From: a virus | DNA length: 64,000 nucleotides | IMG/VR virus record: IMGVR_UViG_3300049436_000052 | Span: 73,433 to 137,432 of that record | Strand: one strand, 5' to 3' | Shown: positions 17,901 to 27,574 of the stretch, in pieces | Layout of the letters: every line of letters starts with the position of its first letter | Position numbering within the stretch: position 1 is the first letter of the stretch | Program-made: the position numbers and the translations under genes | The notes under the pieces: model-generated | What the model was told of the DNA's origin: nothing | The model's database searches: none | The model's input: only the letters and a program-made list of their open reading frames with translations

Positions 17901-18293
17901 GCTAAAAATTCTGTGTTTGGCAGACAACCCGTTTGTATATTGCGTTTAGGAGATTTCTTTTATACAAAAGTTGTTATTGATAACGTTACATTTGACTACA
18001 CGGATGCACCCTGGGATACCAATAGTGAGAATTTTGGGACACAATTTATGTTTGCTAAAATCACAATACAGATGAAGGTTATAGGAGGTCAGTCTTTGAA
18101 AGGGCCAATTGACGCACTTCAAAATGCTGTATCGTTTAATTACTATGCAAATTCAACATTTTCAAGACAAGGAATGTATAAACTTCCTTCTGATGTTGCA
18201 GATAATCAAGAAGCGTATATTAATGGGATCTTGGTTGAGAAATATAAAGATCTAAGCAACGCTTTTGATAACAATGTTAATAAAATAAAATAA
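14958..18293 (+). CDS. Baseplate/tail-tube-initiator-like protein with OmpA-like insertion
   Basis: FPPY...VGRNEPMYNYQNSERTATLSF and PVCILRLGDFFYTKVVIDNVTFDY are tube-fold halves; YNKSLGLRRAKAV is OmpA-like. Confidence 0.65.
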   Translation: MANKDSKYEPISIFGNISNNGVVEEDSRLSRISNNLRNTLQTRNLYTPNVEYPNNSTNTASKIVNAVDSLIGIVAPFKSFSLKNNYFARITNPTPLTEIGTVMLAKQMAYNSSSHISQQNLPTLNLSNLFDGNKDTKLFEKNINLKITKKEDTTFQDKFNNFIDKIVFDGNTTSDSPFSKSSTNADYIRNTGDGQLNFLYQSINNNLYKQDDSTLIEFGLKIKKPLQPRKNMVNTQSGGIVTSNSYKPFFNFSNIAKNPYLNISTTFFAEVIANKAMANSYLVSNEIQEYAPTRDFIKTYFGKTLLAEPISLNDGLSNSWIDENVEFKNDLIGNKLVWGRDGISTEANTNIDPLRGDKDQVDNDYSDQINDPTIREFNYNKFNIKSGLLEYTRNLINATNGNVGDLTRKAFNEGDGKYGFNGSGLWKSNNSIYAQKAEIAGKKGVRQHSQLDQYDRFTKAIRFNGSEVYNGNVDSVTYKTVIPRIHPTLPLTNGVPNNKNLMFSIENLAVGVISKGTKGIIDDEFGSEIPICEVGPFYGRIMWFPPYGLELNEVASAKYESTVMVGRNEPMYNYQNSERTATLSFIMLMDYPSHLKQFHNTQNKQKEMAEFFAFGGDPYTPKKPPVNNPEEKIKQLQNEIEKIVNKPDVEDPNTAKPNPIKVVFPNDVPFVSDNLNTIIDKMYTKYRYEIIDGLPSNGTYGDVSSFGYNRFIYVANDDTGVKAGGTFGKYYLDSGVTSQVGFTQYTQTGDCDLNKILKDFYSNESNRQLYNISVFGGASKLYTEKNKFDIKEEEDYNKSLGLRRAKAVITFIKRRLAAIFEKDFDDLGINVILGGGTGGGTVGSQFSSQTNATEVAIPLASTKLERFALIEITRNENTTSSKQKKLTQEETEIIRKKQEEIQELEKDLVKGNEAYDCVYNEKNSKNGILHGFQAISGNYFSPVFHSQTPEDFHRRLTFLQQCVRQGAAKRYNVVEENGLMRAKNSVFGRQPVCILRLGDFFYTKVVIDNVTFDYTDAPWDTNSENFGTQFMFAKITIQMKVIGGQSLKGPIDALQNAVSFNYYANSTFSRQGMYKLPSDVADNQEAYINGILVEKYKDLSNAFDNNVNKIK

Positions 18294-18295
18294 TT

Positions 18296-18607
18296 ATGCA
18301 AAAAGATTATGATAGATATGCTATTTTAAAAAATAGCGATGGAACAATAGATACAATGCCATTAGTTAAATTGCCACAAAATGCTAGTGATAAATTTGAA
18401 TATTGGAAAGAAGGATTTAGTAGATTAGATAAAATATCTGTAAAATACTATGGTTCACCATATTATGATTTTCTAATACTTTTAGCAAATCCTTCATTTT
18501 CGAGTGAATGGGATATTCCAGATGGAACGTTAATTCGTATTCCGTTTAGTTTAAATAAAATAAAAGCAGATTATGAAGCAGCATTAATGGCATATAAAAA
18601 AAGATGA
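18296..18607 (+). CDS. LysM-like baseplate wedge protein (gp53/gpX-like)
   Basis: RLDKISVKYYGSPYYDFLILLANP...IPDGTLIRIP. Confidence 0.8.
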   Translation: MQKDYDRYAILKNSDGTIDTMPLVKLPQNASDKFEYWKEGFSRLDKISVKYYGSPYYDFLILLANPSFSSEWDIPDGTLIRIPFSLNKIKADYEAALMAYKKR

Positions 18608-18632
18608 AAAATTATTTTAACTTTCCAATTTT

Positions 18633-18667
18633 TATTTATAATTTTGTCCTTTAAATTTAAAGGACAA
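18633..18667 (+). promoter_or_regulatory. TATTTATA late motif, TAATTTTG element and perfect 24-bp palindrome
   Basis: TATTTATA 18633-18640; TTGTCCTTTAAATTTAAAGGACAA 18644-18667. Confidence 0.5.
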
Positions 18668-18672
18668 GAAAA

Positions 18673-19260
18673 ATGACAATAATCTTAACGATTTTAAAGA
18701 AATACTGGAAGCTAATATTAATTATAGTATTTGCTTTATTAGTTTATTTATTTTTTAATCAAATTCAAAGTCTAAAAAAAGATAATGATAGGTTATTAAA
18801 TAACGTTGAACAATTAATGAGCGATAATAATACAAAGGTTCTTGAAATGACAAAACAAGAATTTTTGAAAAATTATTATGATAAAGATTCTCTACTTAGA
18901 AAAATAGTTGATAGCATTAATATAAGGTATAAAAATATCGAAAGAACTATTAACTATAAATATTATCATATATACGATACCACAGTATTTCTGATAGAAA
19001 CTAAAGATTCAACTATAAAGAAATTTAAACATGAGTTTGATAAATGCGTTTCTGTTTCTGGTGAAATAAATTGGTACAAATCTACAATCACATTTGATTC
19101 ACTTAAATTAAGTCTAAATACCACAACACTATATTATTGGCAACGTCCACACAAATTTTGGTTTATCAAATACGGCAAAAAGCAATTAAAAGCTGCTACA
19201 TTAAATAATTGTAGTAGTAAAACAGTAGTTAATGATATTACAATAAGTAAGAAGAAATAA
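18673..19260 (+). CDS. Membrane-anchored coiled-coil protein (spanin-like candidate)
   Basis: N-terminal TM helix then coiled coil; late motif upstream. Confidence 0.4.
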   Translation: MTIILTILKKYWKLILIIVFALLVYLFFNQIQSLKKDNDRLLNNVEQLMSDNNTKVLEMTKQEFLKNYYDKDSLLRKIVDSINIRYKNIERTINYKYYHIYDTTVFLIETKDSTIKKFKHEFDKCVSVSGEINWYKSTITFDSLKLSLNTTTLYYWQRPHKFWFIKYGKKQLKAATLNNCSSKTVVNDITISKKK

Positions 19261-20154
19261 ATGAAATACATAAAATTTAATAACTATAAAGATGTTTCTA
19301 GTTTCTATCATAGAAACAAATCTGAAGATTCTGAATATTTTTTAGATCTAGGCATTAGAATTCCAATAATGAATGGTTTATTTTTCAAACAAAAAAATGC
19401 AATTAAAGAAATTAAGTTTTATGATGAAGAAAATGGAATTTGTAAAATGATTCTTAATAAAAAATACATTGATAGATTTCATCCCTTAAAAATCAATAAT
19501 CAAAAATTTTGGAAAGAATTTAAAATAAAATTTCCATTAGTTTCTGTTTGTGGGGGTGAAAGCCAATCAATTGAGCATTGTAATGAAAATAATACTTTAC
19601 TTAGTAAACAACACGGTTTTATTGATTTTATAGATAAAATTATTGGAGAAAACGTTAATAATAAAATTAATTTTTTTGAAATAGGTTATGGTCATGGTAA
19701 TATTTTTAATTATTATAATGATAATGTAAATTATATTGGCGTTGATTATTATAAAAATCAAAATTTAAATAAATTCAATAATCTTTTAATAATAAAAGAA
19801 AGTGGCATTCCTAAATCTATAAAAAATAATAGTCAGGATATTATATATTGTTGTAATGTTTTACAACATTGTTGTAAACATGATAGATTTGAATATTTTA
19901 GGCAATCGTTTAAAAAATTAAAAACAGGTGGTTATTTTTTAGGATCGCTTTTTTTAGAAACACTAGAAAATAAAGATGAATATTATTGGGGAATGGAGGA
20001 TACCAAGGGTAGGAAATATTGCTGTTTTTTTAATCAATTAACTGAAGTTGATACGAAAGAAGAATTTCTTGAGGAAATAAATAATATTGGTTTTAGTTTA
20101 ATTAAATTAGATAATATATATAATAATAATTTTTCCTTTATTTTAAAAAAATAA
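19261..20154 (+). CDS. Class I SAM-dependent methyltransferase
   Basis: FFEIGYGHG motif I, DIIYCCNVLQH, LKTGG. Confidence 0.8.
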   Translation: MKYIKFNNYKDVSSFYHRNKSEDSEYFLDLGIRIPIMNGLFFKQKNAIKEIKFYDEENGICKMILNKKYIDRFHPLKINNQKFWKEFKIKFPLVSVCGGESQSIEHCNENNTLLSKQHGFIDFIDKIIGENVNNKINFFEIGYGHGNIFNYYNDNVNYIGVDYYKNQNLNKFNNLLIIKESGIPKSIKNNSQDIIYCCNVLQHCCKHDRFEYFRQSFKKLKTGGYFLGSLFLETLENKDEYYWGMEDTKGRKYCCFFNQLTEVDTKEEFLEEINNIGFSLIKLDNIYNNNFSFILKK

Positions 20155-20175
20155 TAATGACACAAGAAGAAATAA

Positions 20176-20541
20176 ATGAACGAAATATTAAAATGTGATT
20201 TTTGTGAAACAAACGATTCTATTGGAGTGTACGCTACAGATCATGGTCCCTTTTCATTATCATATTGTGAAGAATGTTTTAAGCACTATAATCTTAGAAC
20301 AATAGGTAATGCGTTATCTAAATGGGGTAGATTTGGAGATGATGCTTTTGAAGAATATAAAGAAATAAATGGATGTGAACCACAAGTTTATTTTAATAAT
20401 AATTATATTTCACTAAGAAATTTAGTTGAAATTATAGATATTAGTGATGTTGATAAAATTTTTAGTGATATTGATTTTTTAAGAAATTTAATAATAGATA
20501 GATTGAATGAAAAACACAATAAACGAAATATTAAATTTTGA
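20176..20541 (+). CDS. Hypothetical Zn-binding protein
   Basis: CDFC...CEEC. Confidence 0.6.
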   Translation: MNEILKCDFCETNDSIGVYATDHGPFSLSYCEECFKHYNLRTIGNALSKWGRFGDDAFEEYKEINGCEPQVYFNNNYISLRNLVEIIDISDVDKIFSDIDFLRNLIIDRLNEKHNKRNIKF

Positions 20542-20713
20542 TGAAAAACTTTACAATTTTTTAGTTAAAAACCTAGATTTTGAATTAAGTAAGATTTATT
20601 TAAAACAAAATTTTAGTTTAATTGGTGCATTATCATTTAAAAAAACAAATGATAATATTGAATATGATTTATTAGATGATTTATTTGTAATAACTTATTT
20701 GTATGAACTTTAA
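20507..20713 (+). CDS. Hypothetical protein
   Basis: 68-aa ORF. Confidence 0.5.
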   Translation: MKNTINEILNFDEKLYNFLVKNLDFELSKIYLKQNFSLIGALSFKKTNDNIEYDLLDDLFVITYLYEL

Positions 20714-20885
20714 ATATACTTTAACTAATAAATTAATTGCTTTTGGTTTAAATGAATTTAATGAATTGGAAGAAATACATACAAAATTATGGGATTGGTT
20801 AATAATAGAAGATAATTTTATTACAACCTACAACGGAATATCTAGAATTAATTTAATAGATGTTATATATAAAATTTTGGATTAA
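20703..20885 (+). CDS. Hypothetical protein
   Basis: 60-aa ORF. Confidence 0.5.
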   Translation: MNFKYTLTNKLIAFGLNEFNELEEIHTKLWDWLIIEDNFITTYNGISRINLIDVIYKILD

Positions 20886-21035
20886 ATGGAAAACGAAAAA
20901 TTTTTAGACACGATTAATCAAAAAGATAGGGAATATTTTATTTCCTTTTACAATAGTTTTGGAAATAATTTTTGGAATTTATTTTCAAATTATAAATTAG
21001 ATTTGTTGAATTTGCAAGATCAGTTTAATATATGA
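20886..21035 (+). CDS. Small hypothetical protein (not in ORF track)
   Basis: 49 aa MENEKFLDTINQKD..., abuts previous stop. Confidence 0.45.
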   Translation: MENEKFLDTINQKDREYFISFYNSFGNNFWNLFSNYKLDLLNLQDQFNI

Positions 21036-21070
21036 TGAAAGAAGTTACATTAGAAAAAAAAAACAAATAA

Positions 21071-22714
21071 ATGAAAAATAAAATAATAGTAATATTTTCT
21101 TCACATTTAGGTAATGAAGAAAATAATAAATTTATTAAACATATTCATGACACCATTGGTATTAAACATGAAATTTATTGTTATGAGAATTACAACCAAT
21201 ATTCATTATCTGAAATTTATAATAAAGCGATAGATGAACACTATACTAAAGATTCGATAATAGTATTGATTCACAATGATTTAATAATTAAAACAAATCA
21301 ATGGGGTAAGATTCTATTAAAACATTTTAATAACAGTGATTATGGTATAATTGGTTTAGCTGGCACTACCTATCTTGATAAAGATAGTGGGGTTTGGTGG
21401 TCAGACAAATCAAAAATGGTGGGGCAGGTAAGTCATACGAATGGCATTAGTGAATGGGTTTCTGAATATTCTAATCCTATAAAGGGTATTCAACCAGTAG
21501 TAAATGTTGATGGGGTTTTTATTGCTGTTGATTGTGATAAAATTGTTCATAAATTCGATGAGAACTATGGTAAATTTCATTTTTACGATTTGTCGTTTTC
21601 TGTAAAAAATTTTTTACAAAATGTAAATGTTGGAGTAATTAGTGACATACATATTTTACATAAATCTGTTGGTCGTACAAATGAGGAATGGGAATTAAAC
21701 AGACAAAAGTTTGCTGAAGAATATAAGGATGAGTTACCAATAAGATATGTTCCAGAAAATGGAAAATTAAGAATATTAATTTGTTGTCAATTTTTTTGTA
21801 ATTATACTGGTTCAGAAATGAGTGTTTTTGAAACGGCAAAAGAATTGGTTAAAATGGGAAATGAAGTAACAATTATTTCAGTAGTTGTTGGAGAACCATT
21901 ACTATCTAAAGCAAAAAAATGTGGGATAGATGTTTATTCTATAAATAATCCACCAAATTTTATTTTAAACGAAAATAAAGAATTTCAATTCATAAAAAAC
22001 GAAAAAGAATTTGACATAATACATATCAATCATAAGCCCATCGGAGATCTTGTGCTTCAATTATATATTAACACCCCTGCTGTTATGCATGTACGAAGTG
22101 AAGTTATCCCAGTTTATGAAGAACCGATAATTCATCTAAATATTTTAAGATATATATCAATTAGAGAATCAATTACAGAGTATATAAAATCTTTTGGAAT
22201 CGAAGAAGAAAAAATTGTTTTAATAGATAATCCATTTGATGTTAATCGTTTCAATACCAATAATAATATTTCTTTATATAAGCAAGGAAAAAATCCTAAA
22301 GAAATTGTTTTATTTATTGGAACATTAGATCATTTGAGAAAAAATATTTTACATGATTTGAATAGCATGACATTTGAAAATAATCAGGAATTATGGATAA
22401 TAGGTGCAGATAATAATGATTATGTTAAAGAATTTACATCAAAATCGCATATAAAATATTTAGGTATTAAATCCAATGTTGAAGAATTTATTAAAAAATG
22501 TGATTATACGGCAGGTATATTTAAAGGTAGAACAACTATTGAAGGTTTTCTTTGTGGCAAATCTGGATGGATATATACTGTTGATAAACAAGGGAATATA
22601 TTAAATAAAGAACTTCAAAAAGTTCCGACAGATTTAGAAAAATATTATAGTAGTTTTTCAACAAAGAAACTATTTAACTTATATAATGAAATTATTGATG
22701 AAAAATGGCTATAA
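21071..22714 (+). CDS. Two-domain glycosyltransferase (GT-A/GT2-like + GT4-like)
   Basis: IVLIHNDL, VDGVFIA, FHFYDL; then YTGSEM...AKEL and GRTTIEGFLCG. Confidence 0.85.
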   Translation: MKNKIIVIFSSHLGNEENNKFIKHIHDTIGIKHEIYCYENYNQYSLSEIYNKAIDEHYTKDSIIVLIHNDLIIKTNQWGKILLKHFNNSDYGIIGLAGTTYLDKDSGVWWSDKSKMVGQVSHTNGISEWVSEYSNPIKGIQPVVNVDGVFIAVDCDKIVHKFDENYGKFHFYDLSFSVKNFLQNVNVGVISDIHILHKSVGRTNEEWELNRQKFAEEYKDELPIRYVPENGKLRILICCQFFCNYTGSEMSVFETAKELVKMGNEVTIISVVVGEPLLSKAKKCGIDVYSINNPPNFILNENKEFQFIKNEKEFDIIHINHKPIGDLVLQLYINTPAVMHVRSEVIPVYEEPIIHLNILRYISIRESITEYIKSFGIEEEKIVLIDNPFDVNRFNTNNNISLYKQGKNPKEIVLFIGTLDHLRKNILHDLNSMTFENNQELWIIGADNNDYVKEFTSKSHIKYLGIKSNVEEFIKKCDYTAGIFKGRTTIEGFLCGKSGWIYTVDKQGNILNKELQKVPTDLEKYYSSFSTKKLFNLYNEIIDEKWL

Positions 22715-24393
22715 AACGACAACGAACTGACATAAAGAAAGTTATAAAAAAAAGAATAGAAGATCGTCATAATAAATATATCTATATTGATAAAAGAAAA
22801 ATGGATGAAAGAACAAAACTGAGAATCTATGGCAAAGATAGAATAGCTGAATTTGATAAAGAACGAATAGTTAGTAATATTAAGCCAGAACTTACAACAC
22901 AATCAGAAACAACACGTAAAGAAAAAAGAACTGGAATAAAAATTATTACCAAAGAATTAACTTTAAACTATAATAGATATGTTGTTAAATCTATTGGTGT
23001 TATAATTGTTAACTATAATCAATTAAAATTAACTAAAGATTGTATCAATAGTTTAAAAAAACAAATAAATCTTAATTTTAAAATATATTTATTTGATCAA
23101 AATTCTAGTGAACAAGGAACTTTTGAATATTTGGAAGAATGTGAAAAGAATAATATATTTGTTTATAGAAATAGTACAAACATACCGCTAAACTATATTT
23201 GGAATGATTTTAAAAAAATATGTGATTTAGAATATTTGTGTTTTTTAAATAATGATACCGTTCTTTCAAATATGTTTATTGATGATAATATTAAAATTTT
23301 TGAAAAAGAACCTGCTGTTGGTGCAATAATACATGCAACAAACAACTCAAATTATTTAAAATCAAAAGATGTTTTAGAATACATTGTTTTTAAAAATTCT
23401 TTATATCAAGGATGGGATTATTGTGTAAGAAGAGAAATAATGCCAGATATTCCAAGTGAATTAAAAATTTTTGGTGGGGATGACTATATTTTTGCTAAAA
23501 TTAATTCTTTAGGACATAAAGTTGCAATTGCATTTAGTTCTCCAATAATTCATTATAAAGAAAAAACAAGAGAAACAGTTTCAAATATTGCTGAAATACA
23601 AAGAGAAGATGGTAAGAATTTTAGAGATATTCTTAATAGAGAAAAGCTATCACAAATAGATATAACAATTAGTTATGGATATTGCAACAAATTCCCATTA
23701 CCTAATATGAAATTAACTCAAAACAAAAATTGTGTTTTTACTGCAATTATTGGTGATTATGATTCCATAAATCCAACACATTTTCAAAAATTAAATGATT
23801 GGGATTATATTTGTTTTACAGATAATGTAAATATGAAATCAGATTTTTGGCGTGTTATTTATGTCGAAAATTGTGGAACTACTTTATTGGATAATGTTAA
23901 ATTAGCAAGATATTTTAAAACTAATTTTCATAAACATTTATCATCCTATGAGAACTTATTGTGGATTGATGCAAGGATTACACTTATTGGAAATATAAAT
24001 GAATATGTAAAAAAACTTCAAAAAAATGATATTGTTTTTCTAAAACATCCAGATGCTCCATCAATTAAACAAGAATTTGATAGAGTATTGTCAGGGAATA
24101 TTGAAACCAAAGAAATGGTGATGAAAATTAAAAAAAGATATGAAGAATTTGGTTATAAATATAATAATGGTTTAATTTCATCAGGAGTTTTATTATTTAA
24201 AAATAATGAATTAACAATTAAATTTTTCAAAGATTGGTGGCATGAAATTGAAAATTATTCACACAGAGATCAATTGTCCGCTAATTTTGCTTTATGGAGA
24301 AACAATAAAATTAGATACGAAATTATAGGTGGATTAATTAACGTGTATTTTAAACAATTACCAAGAAACACAAAACCATTTAGATATGAATGA
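22705..24393 (+). CDS. GT2 + DUF616 (TOD1/MUCI70-like) glycosyltransferase fusion
   Basis: VIIVNYNQ...FLNNDT; CVFTAIIGDYD, YICFTD, WIDA, RDQLS. Confidence 0.85.
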   Translation: MAIKRQRTDIKKVIKKRIEDRHNKYIYIDKRKMDERTKLRIYGKDRIAEFDKERIVSNIKPELTTQSETTRKEKRTGIKIITKELTLNYNRYVVKSIGVIIVNYNQLKLTKDCINSLKKQINLNFKIYLFDQNSSEQGTFEYLEECEKNNIFVYRNSTNIPLNYIWNDFKKICDLEYLCFLNNDTVLSNMFIDDNIKIFEKEPAVGAIIHATNNSNYLKSKDVLEYIVFKNSLYQGWDYCVRREIMPDIPSELKIFGGDDYIFAKINSLGHKVAIAFSSPIIHYKEKTRETVSNIAEIQREDGKNFRDILNREKLSQIDITISYGYCNKFPLPNMKLTQNKNCVFTAIIGDYDSINPTHFQKLNDWDYICFTDNVNMKSDFWRVIYVENCGTTLLDNVKLARYFKTNFHKHLSSYENLLWIDARITLIGNINEYVKKLQKNDIVFLKHPDAPSIKQEFDRVLSGNIETKEMVMKIKKRYEEFGYKYNNGLISSGVLLFKNNELTIKFFKDWWHEIENYSHRDQLSANFALWRNNKIRYEIIGGLINVYFKQLPRNTKPFRYE

Positions 24394-24433
24394 TAGTTTT
24401 ATTAATTTTGTGGATATAAATTTTAAATTTGAA

Positions 24434-24441
24434 TATTTATA
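24434..24441 (+). promoter_or_regulatory. Putative late promoter TATTTATA
   Basis: Precedes the leader-bearing GNAT gene. Confidence 0.6.
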
Positions 24442-24465
24442 TATAGATTAAAAATATTTAAAATT

Positions 24466-24960
24466 ATGAAATTAAAAGAAATTATAAAAATGACAATATC
24501 TGAATATTTAAATGAAAATATTAATCGTGATAAATCAAGAAAAGCATTATTTAAAGATGAATATGGTAAGAATATTGTTTATGATGATGGTAATTATAGA
24601 ATTGCAGTTGATGATGAAAATGATGCTCGCTATATAACTTTATGGCATAAAGAAATTGTTAAGGGTAAAGAATATTGGGCTAAACGTGGATATTTAGATG
24701 CTTGGGTTAGTAATATGAATTTTAAAAATAGGAATGGAAAATATTTATCTATTCGTTCAATTGAAATAGAACTAAAACATAGGAATATGGGTTATGGTAG
24801 TAAAATGTATAAGGCGTTGTTTGATTTTTCAGCAAACGATATAAATGGAGTTTATTCATTTTTACCAAATAGAGTTAATAAAAAACAAGTTCCAAAAATT
24901 TATAATAAATTGGGTGCTGTTATTGAAGACGATTATCAATTTATTGAATTTAATAATTAG
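24466..24960 (+). CDS. GNAT acetyltransferase with TISEYLNE leader
   Basis: IRSIEIELKHRNMGYGSKMY acetyl-CoA motif A. Confidence 0.75.
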   Translation: MKLKEIIKMTISEYLNENINRDKSRKALFKDEYGKNIVYDDGNYRIAVDDENDARYITLWHKEIVKGKEYWAKRGYLDAWVSNMNFKNRNGKYLSIRSIEIELKHRNMGYGSKMYKALFDFSANDINGVYSFLPNRVNKKQVPKIYNKLGAVIEDDYQFIEFNN

Positions 24961-24987
24961 TGGGTAGAAAATAAAATAATAAACAAA

Positions 24988-25722
24988 ATGAATAACTTAT
25001 TTTTTAAAAAAGAATTTGATTATTTTCACAATAAAATTAAAAATAATGAACATTTTAAATATTCACGATTTAACGATGGTGAATTAATTGCTATTAGTGG
25101 TAATAATCCAAATGGTTCTAATTGTGATGGTCATAAATATTTTCCAGACATGTCAATAGAATTAAAAAATATTTTATTGAACTATAAATATTCGGAAAAT
25201 TATTTATTAGAATCGTTTGATCATTGGTATAATACATCACTAATCACTAAAAATGTTTTAGATAATTTGAAACAATTAAATCCCGAATTAACGTTTTTAC
25301 ATACAGATTGGATTAGAATATCACATGAACAAGAATCTAGTAAATTTTTTAATTTATTAGATCTGTTAAAAACAAAGAATTTAGTAATAATTGGAGCAGA
25401 CTACTTATTAAATTTAAAAAAGTTTTTTAATTTTACGTTTATTGAAATACCATTAAAAAATTGCTATCTTCAAAAAAATCAAGTGATTGATCAGATTAAA
25501 AGGAATAATGAAACATTAAATAATAATTATTATCTATTTTCAGCTTCAATGCCAACAAAAATAATGATAGATACATTTAAAGAAGATAATGAGAATACGT
25601 ATCTTGATTGGGGAAGTGTCTGGGATAGCTTTTTTGTTTCTCCACAATTTAGTTTTATTCGAAAAAGATCAACATCAAACAAAGATATTTATAAGCAAAT
25701 ATATAAAAATTATTTAATTTAA
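24988..25722 (+). CDS. GT-D fold (DUF1792-like) glycosyltransferase
   Basis: YSRFNDGE and LDWGSVWD motifs. Confidence 0.7.
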   Translation: MNNLFFKKEFDYFHNKIKNNEHFKYSRFNDGELIAISGNNPNGSNCDGHKYFPDMSIELKNILLNYKYSENYLLESFDHWYNTSLITKNVLDNLKQLNPELTFLHTDWIRISHEQESSKFFNLLDLLKTKNLVIIGADYLLNLKKFFNFTFIEIPLKNCYLQKNQVIDQIKRNNETLNNNYYLFSASMPTKIMIDTFKEDNENTYLDWGSVWDSFFVSPQFSFIRKRSTSNKDIYKQIYKNYLI

Positions 25723-25725
25723 TTT

Positions 25726-26517
25726 ATGTCAAACTACAAAAAATATATTGAATATAGCATGGATACTAATCCAGATTGGAAATTATTAGAGGATATGTTT
25801 TCTAATAATTATGAAAACAATGCACATGCAGATAAAGTAGATATTATACCAAAAAAGATTCATCAGTTTTGGATTGGTGGAACAAAACTTCCAGATAAAT
25901 ATAAAAGACTTTCTGAAAGTTGGATTAAATGTAATCCAGATTGGGAATATAGATTATGGGTTGATGATGATGTTGAAGGTCTAAATATGATTAATAAAAC
26001 ATTGTATGATAAAGCGCATAATGTTGGGATTAAATCAGATATACTAAGATACGAAATTTTATATAAATTTGGTGGAATTTCAGCAGATACGGATTTCGAA
26101 TGTTTAAAGTCATTTAATGATTTAAGATATTTGGATTTATTTGCAGGAAATGGATACTCAACATTTCCTCATGTTTATTGTGGACTAATTGGAATAAAAC
26201 CACAACATGAATTAATGTTAAGGATATTGCAAGGTTTGAAAGCTAAAGAAAATATGAATGTTAATGTTGATTTTGGGGAAATCTTGAAATTGTCAGGGCC
26301 TGATTATTTTAGTGATCTATTTTTTAAATATTTACATGAAAACGAGGAGAATAGAAAGAATTGTGTTATATTTCCTCAAAAATATTTTTATGCTTTGTCT
26401 CCAGGTTTAAGGCATGAATTAAACGGATTAACTAACGATAACATAAATAAAGCACATACATTTATTTGTGATGTTTCATATGCGTTGCATTATTGGTGTA
26501 CAAGTTGGCAAAAATAA
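25726..26517 (+). CDS. GT32 (OCH1-like) glycosyltransferase
   Basis: IPKKIHQFW, SDILRYEILYKFGGISADTD, HYWCTSW. Confidence 0.9.
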   Translation: MSNYKKYIEYSMDTNPDWKLLEDMFSNNYENNAHADKVDIIPKKIHQFWIGGTKLPDKYKRLSESWIKCNPDWEYRLWVDDDVEGLNMINKTLYDKAHNVGIKSDILRYEILYKFGGISADTDFECLKSFNDLRYLDLFAGNGYSTFPHVYCGLIGIKPQHELMLRILQGLKAKENMNVNVDFGEILKLSGPDYFSDLFFKYLHENEENRKNCVIFPQKYFYALSPGLRHELNGLTNDNINKAHTFICDVSYALHYWCTSWQK

Positions 26518-27362
26518 AAAACATGATCAATTACATTCAAGGAGAGAAATTTTATCAAGTTGCAGATTTTTTATATTCACCAAATATAAAACCAGAGTTT
26601 GATGATTATAATATAATTCAAAATACTTATAATAAAAATAAATTAAGTGGTAATTTAGATATAATTTATACTCATACATTATATGTTAAGCATTTGTTTA
26701 ATGAAATTAAAGATCTAAAACAAAAATTTATAATTGTTACACATAATAGTGATATTAACATAGACAGCAGTTTTATTATTCCAGATAATGTTATTAAATG
26801 GTATGCTCAGAATGTTGATGTAATTAATGATAAGATTGAATCAATTCCAATTGGACATCCAAATAATAGATGGTTTCCACATATGAGAAAATTAGAAAAA
26901 TTAAGAAATAAATTAAATGAAATAAAAAAACATAAAAATCTATTATATTTAAATCATACAATAAAAACAAATCCTAAAGAAAGAAAAGAACCATATGATC
27001 TACTTCAAAATAAATCATGGGTTAGTTTAATATATGGAACAAATGGTGTAGATTATGATAGATATATTGATGATATATATAATCATAAATTTGTTTTATG
27101 TCCAGCAGGAAATGGAATTGATACACATAGATTATGGGAAGTTTTAGATTTAAAATCAATTCCTGTTGTAAAAAAACATATCAATAATTTATATTATAAA
27201 GATTTACCAATTTGTTTTGTTGATAGTTGGAATGATATAACTGAAGAATTTCTTGAAAAAGAATATGATAGAATTAATAAAATTGAATGGGATTTAAGCA
27301 AATTGAATTTTGATTATTGGAAAAATAAGATAACAAATGTTAACACAAAAAGAATACGTTAA
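26493..27362 (+). CDS. Exostosin/GT47-like glycosyltransferase (start probably 26523)
   Basis: KFVLCPAGNGIDTHRLWEVL...IPVV. Confidence 0.8.
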   Translation: MVYKLAKIKNMINYIQGEKFYQVADFLYSPNIKPEFDDYNIIQNTYNKNKLSGNLDIIYTHTLYVKHLFNEIKDLKQKFIIVTHNSDINIDSSFIIPDNVIKWYAQNVDVINDKIESIPIGHPNNRWFPHMRKLEKLRNKLNEIKKHKNLLYLNHTIKTNPKERKEPYDLLQNKSWVSLIYGTNGVDYDRYIDDIYNHKFVLCPAGNGIDTHRLWEVLDLKSIPVVKKHINNLYYKDLPICFVDSWNDITEEFLEKEYDRINKIEWDLSKLNFDYWKNKITNVNTKRIR

Positions 27363-27525
27363 AGCATTACAGATAGTTCAACAATATGAAAAACAATTGA
27401 ACATATCTGACATTAATTGGCAATATGAACAAATAGTTTGTCCCAATTGTGGTTCTTATGCCATAGATTCAATAAATAATAAGCAACATGATTGTTTTGA
27501 TTGTGGTGAAAGTTGGATAATATAA
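27337..27525 (+). CDS. Small Zn-ribbon protein carrying a relic attC-like arm
   Basis: CPNC...CFDC; KQLNISDI arm motif. Confidence 0.6.
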   Translation: MLTQKEYVKALQIVQQYEKQLNISDINWQYEQIVCPNCGSYAIDSINNKQHDCFDCGESWII

Positions 27526-27574
27526 AGATTTTATTTAAATTTTTAGTAATTATTGCTTTAAAATAAATTATTAA

